64,000 bases of DNA, from assembly GCF_964355755.1 (NCBI RefSeq), contig NC_092676.1, positions 9,711,888-9,775,887 of the forward strand. Direction: 5' to 3'. Positions 63,296-64,000 of the stretch are shown piece by piece. The notes beneath the pieces were generated by a model, which saw only the letters and a program-made list of their open reading frames with translations, searched no databases and was not told the DNA's origin. A program made the translations under genes and the position numbers. Source of the stretch: Antedon mediterranea. Lineage: Eukaryota > Animalia > Echinodermata. Position 1 is the stretch's first letter. Each line of letters begins with the position of its first letter.

Positions 63296-64000
63296 TGTTA
63301 TGTCTAGCTATGGTGCCAGTAGGCAAGATGATACATTTGTTTATCAGTATACACTTCCTATGTTATCAGTTGGTTTACAAATACCACCTGTAACTATACC
63401 AATTTGTATGAGTCATATAGATAGTAGAATTGTGAATAAAAGAGTTGTTAAAAAGTAGTCGAAGTGAATACATCTATCTTTGAGTCAGCTTTACAATACT
63501 TTACATTATATTACAATACATTACTACTGTACAAAGGTACTGGGGGTATATAACAAATTGGCGACGAGGATCGGATTTTAAATTCTAAGTGATACAATGG
63601 CTGGAATTTCACCACCAGTACCGTTTCTACCTACTCCAGGCAAATCAACGTTAAAGTTTGAACAATGGTTTGAATTTTTTACAAATTATACTCTTGCGTC
63701 TGGAAGTGACCGATGGAATGCTGAAAGAAGAAAAGCACTATTACTACATTGTCTTGGTACTGAGGGTCAACGTATTTACAGCTCTTTACCAGAAAGAGAA
63801 ATTGATCCAAATGATGATGTTAATTCATATGATGCAACTGTTGCCAAATTGCGGGCACATTTTAACCCAAGATTAAACGTTGTAGCGGAAAGATACAAAT
63901 TTCGTCAACGTAGACAACTCCAGGATGAAACATCAGATGAGTACGTAAGAGAACTTAGACAATTATCAATTTCATGTAATTTCGGTGTAATATCTGATGA
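63296..64000 (+). mobile_element. Gypsy/Ty3 LTR retrotransposon 5' end (LTR ~63296-63555, PBS 63559-63571)
   Basis: LTR TGTTAT...ATAACA with an internal AATAAA. PBS TGGCGACGAGGAT is complementary to the tRNA-Ser(GCT) 3' end. Lies antisense in a DRAM intron. Confidence 0.85.
63597..64000 (+). CDS. Gypsy Gag N-terminus, open to the window edge
   Basis: MAGISPPVPFLP...WFEFFTNY...RRKALLLHCLGTEGQRIY...HFNPRLNVVAERYKFRQRRQLQDETSDEYVRELRQLSISCNFG, with no stops. Confidence 0.85.
   Translation, partial: MAGISPPVPFLPTPGKSTLKFEQWFEFFTNYTLASGSDRWNAERRKALLLHCLGTEGQRIYSSLPEREIDPNDDVNSYDATVAKLRAHFNPRLNVVAERYKFRQRRQLQDETSDEYVRELRQLSISCNFGVISD

Overview
AT-rich eukaryotic (metazoan) genomic DNA; the gene content and a Deu/Nin-type SINE suggest a marine invertebrate, probably a deuterostome (inference). 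Five spliced host genes were reconstructed by hand from GT-AG sites with consistent phase: NF-YA (minus, ~0.6-17.2 kb) head-to-head with SERGEF/DelGEF (plus, 19.9-36.6 kb); FoxM1 (minus, 39.5-44.0 kb) head-to-head with a RHNO1/RHINO ortholog (plus, 52.6-55.2 kb), the same pairing as in humans; and DRAM (minus, 59.0-63.0 kb, 5' end outside the window). Introns are packed with transposons. A 13.5-kb NF-YA intron holds a nested stack (Harbinger-like > CACTA-like > Sola2-like > foldback > LINE/MITE) that includes a 4-exon, ~950-codon DDD transposase broken only by one in-frame UGA. Other elements are a ~2.9-kb Sola2-like foldback, six GG...CC elements with 8-bp TSDs crowded beside the two bidirectional promoters, Kolobok-like and HINE-like elements, SINEs, LINE fragments and the 5' end of a Gypsy element. 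Comparing repeat copies shows that the abundant TAGGCCTA, TACAGTA and TACGGTA motifs are short insertions at TA sites, resembling transposon excision footprints, with different types in promoters and gene bodies. All family assignments come from recalled motifs, not database searches.
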